From assembly GCA_040954595.2 (NCBI GenBank), contig CM082584.2:7955919-8019918 (forward strand): DNA of 64,000 nt. The letters run 5' to 3'. Each line of letters opens with the position of its first letter. Within the stretch, counting starts at the first letter, position 1. Source of the DNA: Balanoglossus misakiensis (lineage: Eukaryota > Animalia > Hemichordata). Both the position numbers and the translations under genes were made by a program. The notes under the pieces were generated by a model that did not search any database, was not told the origin of the DNA, and was given only the letters and a program-made list of their open reading frames with translations. Below are positions 13,305 to 27,310 of the stretch, one piece after another.

Positions 13305-13515
13305 CAATCAATCAATCAATTAATTAATACGTTAATCAAACAAGCAAGCAATTAGTGAGTAAAAGTCAGTGAGTCAATCAGTGAGTGAGTGAGTGAGTGA
13401 GTATTGAATGAGTCAGTCAGTCAGTCAGTCAGTCAACCAACCAACCAACCAACTAACCAACCAACCAACCAACCAACCAACCAACCAACCAACCAACCAA
13501 CCAACCAACCAGTCA
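13305..13515. repeat. Compound tetranucleotide microsatellite in the probable 3' UTR of gene 1
   Basis: Successive runs of (CAAT)n, (GTGA)n, (GTCA)n and a long (CCAA)n starting about 27 bp after the stop codon. Confidence 0.9.
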
Positions 13516-16500
13516 TGTTTTAAGCGCATTCAGTTGTTAATATTAAGAAGGCTCTTAGAATACTGTTTTAGAAAGATAACTCTTACTATTATTTCAATGT
13601 ATGTCTACAGTGACGCCTTTGTAAGTGAGAAAAACCATTATCTACTTCTTGTAGCAATTAATGCTTTCTGAAAACAAAACCTTGTGTTGGTGGACAGAAT
13701 TATCGACGAGTGTCGACAGAAACTTCCGTGTTCTTAGAATTCCCTTGGAACTGGGATAGACGCAATAAAGTTGATCAACAAGTGTTGTCTTACTCAAACA
13801 AGGCACGGTTCTGGAATACCTTATCATGTCGTTGGCTTACGCTGCTCTGTTTATTGCCGTCCCAAATGAACTCAACAGACCTTGATAGAATATATCAATG
13901 TACATGTGTATAAATATTTGAGTGATCTAGTGAAGCATATACTCTGATGCGAAAATGTATACTTCTTTCATTGAGACTCAAATCCAGCTAGAGTACATCG
14001 GCGCATTGCACTGACCCAGGGCACCGTTATCACTCAATCTTGAATTCGACGCAAAAATCTGCAAAAACGTATTTATTTATTTGTCTAGTCAACAAAACCG
14101 TTGAGTTTTCCACATTATGTGTATTGAATTCAGTCATCCATGTGTGCAAATACGTATGTATCAACATTTTCCTGCATTCAGAGCAGTATGTAAATATATT
14201 ATACAAATTCCATCGTCATTTACATGTGTGTAGTTACACTCTTGAATTATCAATATAGTTATTTGTGACGAACTGTATTGGGAAACTTTGCGTATGTGTT
14301 TGTCTGTCCATCTGTCTACCAGCATAATTGTCAGATATAACTTGCAGGATTACTCATACACTCAAAGCGATAAACGCCGGCAGTCCATACTCTATACTTG
14401 TGAGTGAAATGTTCTATTAAAAGCTGTCCGAGTTGATAAGAGCAATCCAACAGTACATTATCGCTTCTGCGCCACGTTGAACTCGACGACTGGAAAATAT
14501 CACGATATCAACACCGAGAATAATTGAATCGATAAATAATTAAGGCGTGGCGTAAATGACGAGAAAGAGATTGGCACCATCTAAAATAATGTAAGCCATC
14601 ATGGCCTTCACTGAGCTTAGCAATCCCTCGAGTGTAGTAAAAGCAAAATATTTGAGATGTCAATGATGACAATTGTCTCTTTCGATTATATTGTCCTTGA
14701 AGAATGCCAGCTATACGATGACAGATATAATTTACGGCGACATCACAAGGGCATGTAAAAACTTGATTGGGCGGTGGGGGATATGCATCGTTTGCAACGG
14801 TTGAGTGGAAACGTTAAGATTTAGCAACAAAAGGTATTTCTCAAAAGAGCAAACGCCTATATCCATGTAGCATTAAGAATTCTTTCTGTTTCCATGAATA
14901 TTTCAGCAGATCACCTGAACACGTGTATCATATTTTTCAACATAGCCACAGTTCTGCACTTAAAGTACATCACGACACACAAAAGGATGTATAGTTTATT
15001 TATGACTGAAGGTCGCACCGGTGCTATTTTCTGCTTTTACATGTAAAGCATTTGCTATCCTTGAAATAAATGATCGAAATTCGGAGTGACTCTCAGCCGC
15101 AATTGTGAGTGAGTTGCATTATGTGTCGGAAACGAAATTATCAGGAGTGTAATGCGCTGCGTTTTGGATCCTCTTAAGTGTCGTAACTGATTATGATGAT
15201 AAGCTTCATCACGCTCTCGACGCTCGAACATTGTAGTGTATTTTGTTGTTATCGGAGATGTTCAGCTTACATTTAAATTTGAAATGGTAAAGTCTGTTTT
15301 GTCAATATCTATAACGTATAGTTACTTGTTTTTTTAAGTTATACTGATCGGAGTTCCTCCCAAGCGTTGAACAACATACATTTGCATTAAATCAGTTTTG
15401 TAATCACCTCTGTAATCACAAGGGTTCCACTACCCATAAAGTCGCCTGGGCCGACAATCGTAAAATTTGCTTCTATACCTGAAGGTTTTTACCAAATGGC
15501 TGGTTGTAAAAAAGTAAATCGCTATCTATCCTTTTAATGTGCAGGTCATCACCATATGCTATCTCTCTTGGAGATAATATTGGTCAGATTTACGTCATTG
15601 TGAGGTCATTAGAATTTAGATAAACGGTAACTGAATAATATTTTGTGCGGAGGGTACTTTTTATGAAGACGACGTGTCTGGGTGATTAGCTTGCTGTCCA
15701 GGTAAATTGCGCTATCGTTTACACATACAACTCAATAGACTGTTGTCAGAAGTCCACGAGACCCTGCGCGATCTATATACGCTAGACACAATAATGTTAT
15801 GGGAGGACAAACGACGCATGGTCCATCGTGTTAAACAGCACAAAAGTTACAATGTTAAAGCTCTTCACCTATTCCAGTTTCATACAATACTTGAAATGAC
15901 AGTAAAAGGTGCCTCCCTCTCACCGTAGAAGAATTTTGAAAACTTCTGCATAAACACAGACAAAGTGGGGCTATCTGTATGTTTAAAATTGAGTTGATAT
16001 ACACTAGAATGGGCCAGTGACTTACTATTATAGCGGTCTATATAGCTATAAAAGTTCGCAGTAGGAATTGTAGGGTATAAATTGACTCATTTGCCGGTCA
16101 GATAAAGGCAAAATAGTCGGCTGTTTTTGTCGGCTGCATTCTGTCACAGTAATATATTTTTTAGGCACACATATAATCGATCGCGTTATTACTCAGTGAC
16201 ATTTCACGATCCTATACAACCGGGTGATATTTTGTTTGATTGTGTTCTTTATCTGTATAGGTACGTTTGAGGATACCGTAATTTAACTGTTGCAGTATAG
16301 CTTTAAGTGGAAAATGTTTGACATTTCTCTGTAAATTTAAATCTCGGACAATACACAAGAAGACTCATAAACTCGCTAGGACTATCGATATTTCTCGGAG
16401 TGTTCCACTCAAAACGTGCCATACCGCGCTAGACATGCAGATAACGGATAGTCCTTGACTTCAGAGGACATCATAGATGTTCTCTGGGAAAAATACATCA

Positions 16501-17851
16501 CGGGCTATAAGCTTATCTTGCATAAATAAACGGATTGGGGCTGTTGAATGGAATTGCTAAGTCCCATGACATCCTATTAAGTCATATACGGACATCTGTC
16601 ATAGATTTATCACGGATATACTGATGTCTGCAGAGAGAAAAATCGTCGTTGCAAAAAACTAAGGTTACCACGGCCTACTTGCCCTGTAAGCACCATCGAT
16701 TCCTAAGACTGTGATTTGACGATTTATCACAATTTTGTTGTGTAAAGAATGATTCCCCAAACGCAAAGCATCTTATCCATAATGGATTTCTGGTTCTGGG
16801 AGAGTGTATGGAATTGTTTGTTTCGTAATGCTCATGATCGCGTGCAGTCTATTTACAATCAGGACGTCGTGTCTTTCATTAAGCAGAAGGAACTGGTCAC
16901 ATGACCTCTAAAATGGGTCCAGCTAATCAAAATTACAATTATGACTGCATACAGTGGATGGGTCTCTTGTTATCGAGTGATCATCGCAGACCATTGCTCA
17001 CTTGTTTTACTACGATAGCAGCATGCCATATGTATCCCTGGAATCCAATAAGGCATCTCGCGCTTGTGTGTTTACGGATGGAATTTGGTTAGCAACGCAC
17101 GTATTATAGAAACGAGAACGATATTTGCCTATACTTCGGCAACCGCGCCGGGGCGCTTTTCGTCGTGTACAAACAAAACCATGCTCGAATGCTGTGAGGG
17201 CGGTCTCGCCAACTAAATATTGCAGCTCTTCTGTTGAAACGAACTAATTTAAATGACAAATCCATAACACGTGACCATGCCTGAACCACGTGACGCTATG
17301 CGGGGTTTTAGAAAACGCATGATGCAACCGTGTACAATTATGTATAGACAAGTTTGGTCTCGACGAGCAACACACTGCTGTGTATATACAATAGATGATA
17401 CCCGCTCGTTGAGAGATCTGGCGAGACTTGGTTATCGTAGCGAAGGTTTGCTAGGCAAGTACATGTATTTCATGCCAAGCTTTGCATAAACCTATAGAGT
17501 ATGCTTTAGACTTTAACAAAATTTGCACAACATACTTCATAACACCATAATCAACCTACTACTAACGTAAACTTTGATGGATGGATGGAGCGGAGCGTCA
17601 ACTGTAGTCAACCTACTAATATAAACTTTGATAACTGGATTAAAAAAAAATATGGGTCATAAAACTTGATTGAAATTTGTGAGTAGAATCATAAGGAATT
17701 GTGCCCCAACGAGGCGGTTCTATGATTTTTACATATTCGATTATTGGAAAGTGGTATCGGATATATGTACATGTAATAAAACAGTTTTCAAATGCCCAAG
17801 TTAAAAAATAGTCTAGAAGTGGTTGGTGTCTTCGCAAACGTATATTTCTTT

Positions 17852-18315
17852 CCTACAAAGTCAAAATTTTTCAAGGTTCTAGCTTACAAAGTCCTTATTA
17901 TAGTCGATGCGATGATAATTTCTATGTAATGATAATTTCTCATTAAAAATTAACAATTACCGCTCTATAGCTCTCTCATATCATCAAGGTTCTTAGATAG
18001 GCAGTTTCATGCATAGCCGTGGTTCTTACCGAAAAATCGTGGTTCTTACCTAACAATCGTGGTTCTTACGTTGTACAGCCTGCAAAGTCAAAAAAATTTC
18101 AAGGTTCTAGCTTGCAAAGTCTTAATTTTAGTCTATGCAATGATAATTTCTCATTAAAAATTAACAATTACCGCTCTATAGCTCTCTCATACCATCAAGG
18201 TTCTTAGATAGGCAGTTTCATGCATAGCCATGGTTCTTACCGAAAAATCGTGGTTCTTTCCGAACAATCGTGGTTCTTACGTTATACAGCCTACAAAGTC
18301 AAATTTTTCAAGGTT
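17852..18315. repeat. Tandem repeat of about 211 bp (2 units plus a partial third) with nested 20-bp subrepeats
   Basis: Units start at 17852, 18079 and 18290 (CCTRCAAAGTCAAA). Each full unit holds three TGGTTCTTAC-headed subrepeats at 20-bp spacing. Unit 1 is 227 bp owing to a short internal duplication. Confidence 0.9.
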
Positions 18316-21300
18316 AGATGCTGGTATTCTAACGGGAATGTCAGGAAGACAAGGTGACACTGCCCTCTCTCGGAGATACTCGTTTTTTATTATCAGTGTG
18401 TATTTACACGCAGCAAGGAAATAAAACCTTTTTGTTTTTGAAATTCCGATTTTTCAATTAAAGCATTATCTCACTGGTGACAAATGTGAATTCAGTGAAA
18501 TCTTTGATTCAGTTTTCAACTATCTTAATGCTCTTTGTACAGTGGCCAATTAAGGCATAATGAAACTTTGTCAAGATATTGTCTTGGGAGACATTGTCTG
18601 AGTCAATTGGCAGCCTGACTAACCGTGAACATGTCACAAACACCACCCCACTATTTCTCGTCGACTAAAATGCCAAGTTTACTTAGTTTTTTAAGCTTGA
18701 TCGCCAGTATGCGCCTAGTACCCGGCAAAAGACAGAAAGGCAAACATGGTCTTAGACTGAGGTCATTTCAATGTTGAGTTGGTACACCAGTTGTCTTGAA
18801 TGCTGAGATCTTTGGGACGGTTTGCGACGTTAGACAGATCACGATCAGTCGGAAGTGTTCGTGCATGTATAGGTCATCTCAAAATGAACCGCCTCTACCA
18901 ATCCATTCTTCGTGACGTTTTCCGCTGCCTTATAGTGATTCCCACATCTATGTGAACAATATTGCCGCAGTCCATGTTACGTACTATCGTTTATGTCTTA
19001 TACTTTGACAAGAAATCTTTTCTGGATATTAAAATGCTCCAGGGGAAAAATGACTCACTATATGCCCAGACAAACGTTTTACCAATCTTACAAACACGCT
19101 TAATGATGCTACATACATAGTGTTGCACCACGTAGGAACTGAAAGGTACATTCGGTTGCGTGCCACTTTGTTGTGTTTGTGTGTAGTGCACATAGAAACT
19201 GCGTCTCAGTGAACGACTAACCAATGTTGCATTTGTAGTTGTTCGCAGCTTATGAGCCTTTTAAGCAGGATCTTCGCTCAAATACCACACTTGCAAAGAA
19301 GAACACACCACAACACACGCAGCAAGCAAAGCACGAAACAAAGTCAAATCCTTGAAAGAAGGACCTCCGGCCAGAAGATCATGAAGTGGTGTCTACGGGA
19401 TTTAAGTTCGAAAGCAGATCAGACCTGTATCACGCGAATTCACGTAGCAGGTATTGAAATCAATCAGTACAGCCATTTCCCTAGTAAACTCAATAACAGC
19501 TAGGTCCAATGTCTCGATCAATTGATATGGTAGAATTTAATGGCTGCTGCGCTTGGGCGGACAGTTATTGGCGTACTCTTAAAAAGAAAATACTATCTTC
19601 TCTTGCTGATTCAAGTTCAATTCTTCGCCTGAGAGAATTTTCGGTATCTTTTATCATGCAAGGAGACCCCCACCAGACACAGTAGCAAGATCTGCTGTGC
19701 GACTTTGTTCACTCGCCGAGAAAATAAATGTTCGAAGAAGTTGTAGCATATGGAGGTTGTGTAATCATGTTCAGCGTGGCGTCAAGACAGAGAGTATACA
19801 CACCCATCATGGCCGTGTCTTGTCTCTATAGCAACACATATACTCTGCAGGTATTGACCCAGACAGTTAAATTGGCCCCGTCCCATTTACACATTTTATC
19901 GGTAAGCTGAGCTTTATTAAACAGCCATTGAACTTTTGAAAATGGCTCAGTAAGTACATACTATATAGGTACACGTATATCGCCAGCGTGCCATAACGAC
20001 TTCTGTGAGGTACGACCGACCTACAAAATGGGCAACATATTCACCATTTTTTTCATGAAATGTAGTTATTGAGAAATGTACAAAATGTATACGGCTTCGT
20101 ATTTCTGCTAAGTGACCTTTCCAACCCTAATAGAAATGCTTGACACATAAACCATAAAAGAGGCTGGTTTCTGAATGCAATTTCCACTATTTACGACACC
20201 GTGTGCATGCCCAACGCCTCTAATTACTTACTTTCCGTGACAGCCAAATGCATGCATGGGGGTAGGTGTTACTGTTCTTGGGATAACAAGGATAATTCAA
20301 ATAGATTGTCCAATTTCGCCATACTGTATGAGTTGATGAAAATAATCTTACCCAGAGCTGAAGTTGGCAGGCGGACAGGGGACTGTTTTCTTAGATGTCA
20401 ATGTGTAGTATTTTGTGGTTACTCTGACATTTCATCTAGTGAACTGCTTGATGGGATTGGACATAATATCAAATGTATATTTATCTCTTTTCGGTAAATG
20501 TTATAAATACACGTCTACCTATTTCTCGAGAATCTCCTGGCCAATGATGAGACGATGAGAAACGAAAATAGTTGAATCAACGTTAGCAAAAGATTCACCA
20601 GTGTATCCGTGTATGAGTTTCATCAGAAGACTATGTTTGACTTCAAGGAAACATGATGCAAGCACAGTTAATAGTAAAATGTGTGAGGAAAGAACCCGCA
20701 GACAATGTGATTGTGAAAGACTCTCGTATCTTGCGTGATTCATCTAGGTGATAAGCATAGCATGAAGGTATACGTTCCCCTTTCTTCTCAGCCACACGCA
20801 TTATTGTTTTCTCTGCGGGGATTTTCGAGTCTTTGATTCGGGTAAACACGGTGTTTTGTTCGCAGTCGGTGTTATTTTTGCAAAGGGCAGCGGATTACGT
20901 GACCGCCCTCGGCTGATTCCTAGGCCGTTGGATATTAATTCCAACTACTGCAGACAGTAGACGGATCCCGCGAGAGGAAAAAATCTACATGATGGTAAAT
21001 TTGCTTGGCAAGTGAAGGCTGACTCTTACATTAAATGGCCGCACTGCTGGCAGTAAATAAAGGGGGGGGGGCTCAAGTCCCATAGTTTATACCAGACATG
21101 CTATCTCAATGTAATCGGGTAGAAATTCTACAAAAATGACATGATAGTCACAAAACAACAAGTTTTGTATCGTAATTTCCTAACCAGCGCCCATGAGATT
21201 ATCATAAAACGTGCTTGCTCGTGGCGAATTTGCAGTACTGACGCAATCCGACGTCGTGTGGCTGTGTTCGTGCAGACGGTACATGTACACGTCTCGTTCA

Positions 21301-22179
21301 AGATTCTTATATAATTATGTCAAGCTAAACTGCAATCCCATAAATCAGACTGTCATTTCGTAATTTTTATATAAACCAGGCTATCTTCAATCGTTACTGC
21401 TTTTATGGATGTTACATGTTCAATTATAGTTACGAAACCACTCAAATGGAATTTCCAAGTTTCTTATTAAATCGTAATTGGTCTTACATGGTTGACAAAA
21501 GTCTAGTCTCGCAAGAAATCACCGCTGAGCTGCAGCTGTGTCTGGAGCGTGAACGAATTACGAAAGGCACAGTGCCAAATAGTATGAAAGCCTGTAGTCT
21601 CAATGATCACCCCATATTTTTTCCGTGTGTCTAATTGTCTTTTAGGCCTACTGCTTATTACATGTCAACATGTGAAGTCTTAAAGGAGTAGAGTGATTGA
21701 TTGCTATGATCTGTGTTTTCCCTTTTGATTTTCATGACATTTCATTATAATTCAGTCTATAGACTACTAAACAATTGCAGATGACATTCAGTGAGTACAA
21801 TCACCCTGATGATATTAGTCTAACGAATATCAATATGTCATTCAGATGCTCGCGGAAAAGCCGTTTATAATAATAATATTTGCCATATATACACACGTCC
21901 ATGTACAGCTACCGCACAGCGGGTGTTCTCCGGCATTTCGTAAAAAATCCTGCCTCGAGAAACTACTTATTTTCAATCCGAACAAAAAGCGCAGGCATTG
22001 ATACCCGGGAACGCATGTGAGCCGTTAACGGCTGATTCCGTTTGTATTCTGGCGGGTTTATTTGATAAATCGCGATTTGCTTGCAGCGTGCAGCAAATTA
22101 CTCTCCGCAGGTCAGGTGGGGGACAGACAGCTGCGCGTCACTTTCAATCCGTACCATTCATCGAAACTCCCCAATCAGG

Positions 22180-22874
22180 TGTTACGATTGTACTACGAAT
22201 GCATATAATTTAAATATCAGTGGTGGATGTACAATAAGGGTGTACGTCATTAACATAGCGTGAGCTGTAGTAGCCGTACACCTGGGTATTTTGAATATTA
22301 CGTAAGGGTTATTGATTTTTGACTCTCTGCAACGGCAGTCAAGTGGCGTGAGCCGAACAGAAAACAGACAAGTTGTACTCGGCCATTAGCGACGGGGACT
22401 GGAATCTTGTAATCCATGTGGGAGCTCGGTGTTGAAGTTCAGCACGTCGGGTATGTCCTGTTGGTTTGAATTCAGCGTTGCTCTCGGACGTAAAATGCAT
22501 GTCTACGCCAGCAACTGTAAGTGAAGTGAACCCGTTAATTTCTTTTGAGAGGACTTCAGGAAAGAACTTTGTGAGAAAGCAGCACGCCAGCGTGAACCAT
22601 CGTCGGGTCGGTGCAGAGAACTCACGGAACACTGAATTATCGCGTCGGCTCACCACGTGTGTAATATTACCGCGGAACTGACACAAGTTTCTTGAGGACA
22701 TTACAATATTTCAGTAAGAACCCTTGTAACATTTAAGTTTCAGTGCTTGTACTATGATATTATCTTTCTTCCTGTGACAGATAGATACGCAGTGAAACAT
22801 ATAACTTTGGGTATACTGTGTATCATTGTTGTTGCTGTCTGGGTGTTTGTGTTGCGAGTTTTTGGTTCGCAACA
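22180..22874 (+). mobile_element. Solo LTR-like element (probably Gypsy/Ty3 type), copy B, between genes 1 and 2
   Basis: 695 bp with TGTTACG...CGCAACA termini and a 4-bp TSD CAGG (22176-22179, 22875-22878). Inverted near-copy of 5040-5722; no adjacent gag/pol. Confidence 0.85.
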
Positions 22875-24536
22875 CAGGACTTCATAAATATAATTTCACT
22901 GTTTTCAATACTAATTGGGTTCCATTTTTCAACTTTCCCTCGAATCGGACGTGAAATCCCATGACTTTGTGCTTGCCAGAATCTTAATGCACACAAATAC
23001 CAATAACTACATTGTTGACTAATGGTGTAGTTGCATGGTTGTCGTATAAATGATTTCCTGCGCCACTCAAATTATTCGAAAATGTGATGGCAGAATTCTG
23101 TGTAACGATGCGTCTGCAATAGAGGGAAATCTTAATTAGCTGAGCGAAGTATTTCTTGTCCAAAAATAAGTATGAAATGCATTGTCCCTGCGGCCAAAGT
23201 ACCATCATCTATCTTTCCCCGCCGTACTATCACGTGACAAAATTCGACACAATGGTCGTCATTTTCACTTATTGGTACACCTATCAAAGGGAACTCGGAC
23301 CCTTTCATGGGTTTTATAGCACTGGCCTTTTAATCACAGATTAGGGGACGTCAAGCTGCGATCGATGGAGGAATATTGCCGCGAAATTAGACACTTGTAT
23401 TCATCTCCATGGCTACCTACAAGTACCTGCAGGTCATTCATGTGCGATGTGTGGCAATGCCAGCTCACCTGCATCGCACAAGTTCCCTTAATCGGAAACT
23501 TACTCTCTGCATCCTATGCTCCCCTGTATTAAATGAAACTCTTTTATGAAGACTTCTAACAAGCAGCTTTAATTGCCCTTGACTATATGAAATGGGGTCA
23601 AGAATTCGCTTTCGAAGTACAGATCCGTCGGTTTCGTTTGGTATACGCAAAAAATAGCAATATTGAAAAAAAAACGTCACAGTGGTGACGCAAAATTTCC
23701 GTGCAAAGCGAGGCTTGAAATCAAAGGACTACGGCCAGTAATTGAATATCCCTTTTAAGGCATTGCCAAAGTAACGATGCTGATTACTTGTCTTGGGGTA
23801 ATCTTCTCGCTTGGCAGCCCGGACTCAAATCGGAATATTGGATGTTTTATATCATCGCACACGTAAGCATTGTACAAGCAGGTCTGGGAAGTTTCATAAT
23901 GATTATGCTCCGTACGAATTCAATATTTGGTGTGTGTGTAAAAAAAATCGAAATGTGATGCCACGACAATAGCATTGTTTGTTTTGGGTTCAACTTCGCC
24001 ACAGTCTTTGACGTGATGGATGAAAAGCACTCTGTTTTAGCGCACTGTTTGTCCAAACATGAGCTTCTTTTTATTTGTCAAATACTCAGTAGGGCTGTTA
24101 AATAGTGTGAAGTACGCCGGCAAATTGTATTGTTTGCATTGCCGTTCTATGACCATATTGCCAACTCTATTTCGTGTCATGGGTGATGCATCCGAAGCAT
24201 AGAAGTTGCCGTGGATATCAGAGAGTCAAACGGAACTCGTTGCTGCACAACCTGTACAGTGCCAGGATGGTGCCCATCACTGTACATGCACATCACATAA
24301 AGATTTCACACAAAGACTTGACGCAATGGCCACGCCACATGTGCAGCCAGCGTTATCAGACTGATTTCGAAGCATTTTAATTTGTGACAAGAGTTCCCTT
24401 GCGCAAATCGCCTGCATGCATTTAATAGCATTTTGACGTTTGCTGCCATTCTCACGAAACGAGCGTAAGTCACTTCGTGTTTCGAACCTGCTCACGTGTA
24501 TATAACCTGCTCACATCTCTAGGGTTTTTAAAATCC

Positions 24537-24542
24537 TTTATT
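24537..24542 (-). terminator. Candidate poly(A) signal for gene 2
   Basis: AATAAA on the minus strand at the end of an AT-rich stretch about 1.2 kb past the gene 2 stop codon. Confidence 0.35.
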
Positions 24543-25719
24543 ACAGTACATTACAACCAAAAAAGTTGATAGACAAATTGACTTGCCACAACTGAATGCT
24601 AAAACTACAGCAATATACAAATATGTAATCGTTTTTACATAAGTCTCATAAATATTTTTTTTCTGAATATATATTTCATTATAAGTTCATCAACAATATA
24701 TTGTCCTGTACAGCGAATGAGTCTGATTAACATTATCAAGAAATGTAATAAATTGAACTGACTTTACACAATTTTGTATCCATAAATTATATATGATGCC
24801 ACACACATGTGAGAGACTTTGAATACCTCATTGATGACCCTGACGCTAAAATCAAATCAAACAACGTTTCATTTAGTCTCTACTTCTTCCGTTGCCCTCC
24901 AGAAAGAGGGTCTGGGGAAATACTGTAGAAAAATCTCCGGGCAAAGATGGCCTACCCGAGCTATAATTACAATTGAGCTTTCGATACTGAAACGTTGTTT
25001 ACGCATACACGAATGTATCATCATTTTAAAACTAAGACATTTAAACTATGTTAAAAATTTACAAACCATGCTTGAAGAAAATCTGGCATCCACAATGAAA
25101 GACAGTATAGTGATTATATATCCTTTATGAGGAAATTTCGATTCGCCAAAGGGCCTCAGATCTGAGGCGATTGGCAAATTGTGTGTATATCATTTGGCAT
25201 CTTAAATTTGAATTGACCAACACAAGACGACGAATAATCATAATATTTACATTTACATCCTGGAGCATCATTAATGACGCCATACACGTTCCTGTACGCA
25301 GTATGATAAGAAGTTTGTTTGTAATTGTAATGCAGACTATATACAATTGTCTCCTTCGTAATATTAAGCAACTGCCTTGTAAATGGCACATGTAGGGTCC
25401 ACTTAACTCAAGACTCTGTGTCTTCATACCCATACTTACTATTTACAACCGCCGTATTCCCGTATAAGAACCTACCGCATATTATCAAATATTTCTTAAA
25501 ATATAGTCTCTTCAATACGGTATTAAGAGTTTCCGTCATTCGCCGTATATCCTCGACTGACAATGTAAAACGATTTCCAGAAAAAAATCTGTCCATTGGG
25601 TCATGCAATGAAACCTACTGAATGATGAAACGTTGACAAAATTGCAATCATATTCTAAGGTTTTATGATCGCCAATTCGCATACAGCTAACCCTAACCCT
25701 CTTTCTCTAGGGTCTATGC

Positions 25720-26217
25720 TCAGACATTGCTCTCCCCTCCCTGTGGCGACACGTAGCCGTTGCTTTTCATGCTCATGACGGCCGCGGGGCCGATGTCGTT
25801 GATGCTCCAGGGCGGGTTCTCCACCATGGGGCTCTGCTGGCGCGACGACAGCGTGGTGGCCGAGTTCCTGAACGTGCTGGAGCTGCGGTTGAGCGAGCTG
25901 CGGCTGTACAGCGACGTCACCGTGCTCTTGCTGATCAGGCTGGCCGAGCGCCGGGTGCGGTCGTGGAAGCCGCTGTTGCGACAGCACGTGCGGCACGCCC
26001 ACAGGAAGCACTCGCGGAAGGTGCGCGAGATGAAGGCGTAGCAGATCGGGTTCATGCAGCTGTTCAGGTAGGACAGCAGGTTCAGCGAGATGCCCAGGTA
26101 CGTGGTGATCTGGCTGTACCTCGACAGGAACTCGAACTCGACGAAGATCACCAGCCAGATGAGCGGACCCCAGCTGACCATGAAGAGCGCTACTACCACT
26201 AATAACATCACGATAAC
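25720..26217 (-). CDS. GPCR gene 2, coding exon 4 (TM6, TM7, helix 8, C-tail)
   Basis: Acceptor catccacag|GTT. FMVSWGP, NSCMNPICY, SRTFRECF, CRTCC, Ser-rich tail, stop TGA. Joined CDS is 1431 nt = 476 aa. Confidence 0.95.
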   Translation of the reverse strand, partial: VIVMLLVVVALFMVSWGPLIWLVIFVEFEFLSRYSQITTYLGISLNLLSYLNSCMNPICYAFISRTFRECFLWACRTCCRNSGFHDRTRRSASLISKSTVTSLYSRSSLNRSSSTFRNSATTLSSRQQSPMVENPPWSINDIGPAAVMSMKSNGYVSPQGGESNV

Positions 26218-26438
26218 CTGTGGATGAAATAAGACCACTGTCACGTTAAAGCAGCAACATTTGCCAATGTTTTGCACTGTTCTCACGATTTTATTTTCAA
26301 ACTTCGAATGGTGCATTTAAATGAGATAAATGATGGGTAGCCACAAAAATATTGTCAACCTCAGAGTCTGCAGGTGGCACTGCAATGTATCGTGTTGTAT
26401 GACATTACGTAACATATTTCATTTAAAACCCGTCTCAC

Positions 26439-26822
26439 CTGTTTTCTGCCTTGGTCGACATCTCCGCGCCGGGAGAGTTTCCCCTGCTTCGGATCCTCGA
26501 TGGCGTTCACGTTGTCCGCACTGCGCGCCCTGACACCGGACGCCACGGACAGGCTGAGAGCCCCGTTGGCCGCCGAACCGCCGCCGCCGCCGTACAGGCG
26601 ACGGGCGCAGGCGTGTCTGTTCTGCAGCTCCTGGGACCTCTTGGTGCTTATCCACAGCTCGTAGACGATTCTCGAGTAGCAGTAGATCATTATGAAGAGC
26701 GGCACCAGGTACATGCCCACAAGCAGGTAAATCGAGTACGCCTTGCCCAGTGTCGGGTTCGGCCAGTACGTGTGGCAGGTGTAGTATGTCGGGTAGCCGT
26801 CATTATCCCAGGAAATCTGCCT
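26439..26822 (-). CDS. GPCR gene 2, coding exon 3 (ECL2, TM5, ICL3)
   Basis: Acceptor ttacctcag|AGG. Encodes RQISWDNDGYPTYYTCHTYWP...YLVPLFIMIYCYSRI...RKQ. Donor CAG|GTGAGA; 384 nt. Confidence 0.95.
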
Positions 26823-27310
26823 CTGAGGTAATACATTGAAATAACAAGAGCTGTTGTGAATACATATAGTCTCCTTGTGAATATATAAACACTTTAATTT
26901 GTTAGAACCAGGGGGTTAACGAACGGTATGGATTGTTAAAATGTTCATGTACATGTATGTATTACAAAACCATAGCAATGGCTGAGTTAGCTCGCATTGA
27001 AGTTTTGAACTTAAGACTCTCGCTTCCTCAAACGAACTCCAAAAACACTTAAAATTGTGAGTAGACACACTTTGCAAATATCATAAAACTTGGATCGCTT
27101 TACTTTATGAATATTTGGAAAAGCAGAGAAATTGTATAAATTTTGAGAGATCACATACGGTATAGAGGAAAATTTCATTTAAAAATGGTAGACCCGTAGC
27201 AGCCCAAACAGTTCTGAATGGGGTCAACTGCTGATTGCTGCTAGACAATATTTAAAAAAAAAGTAACAGATACGGTCATGGAAGTTTTGATAGATTTCAA
27301 TGATGGTCAC

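Noticed and set aside
16433-16636. Possible degenerate TIR element with recurring ACGGA motifs
   Set aside because: Terminal complementarity is weak and no TSD is discernible.
18019-18281. Regularly spaced short repeats superficially like a CRISPR array
   Set aside because: The spacers are only about 10 nt and are themselves repeated, the context is eukaryotic and no cas genes are present; it is a nested tandem repeat.
25688-25700. TAACCCTAACCCT telomere-like sequence after the gene 2 stop codon
   Set aside because: Only two units, compatible with chance.
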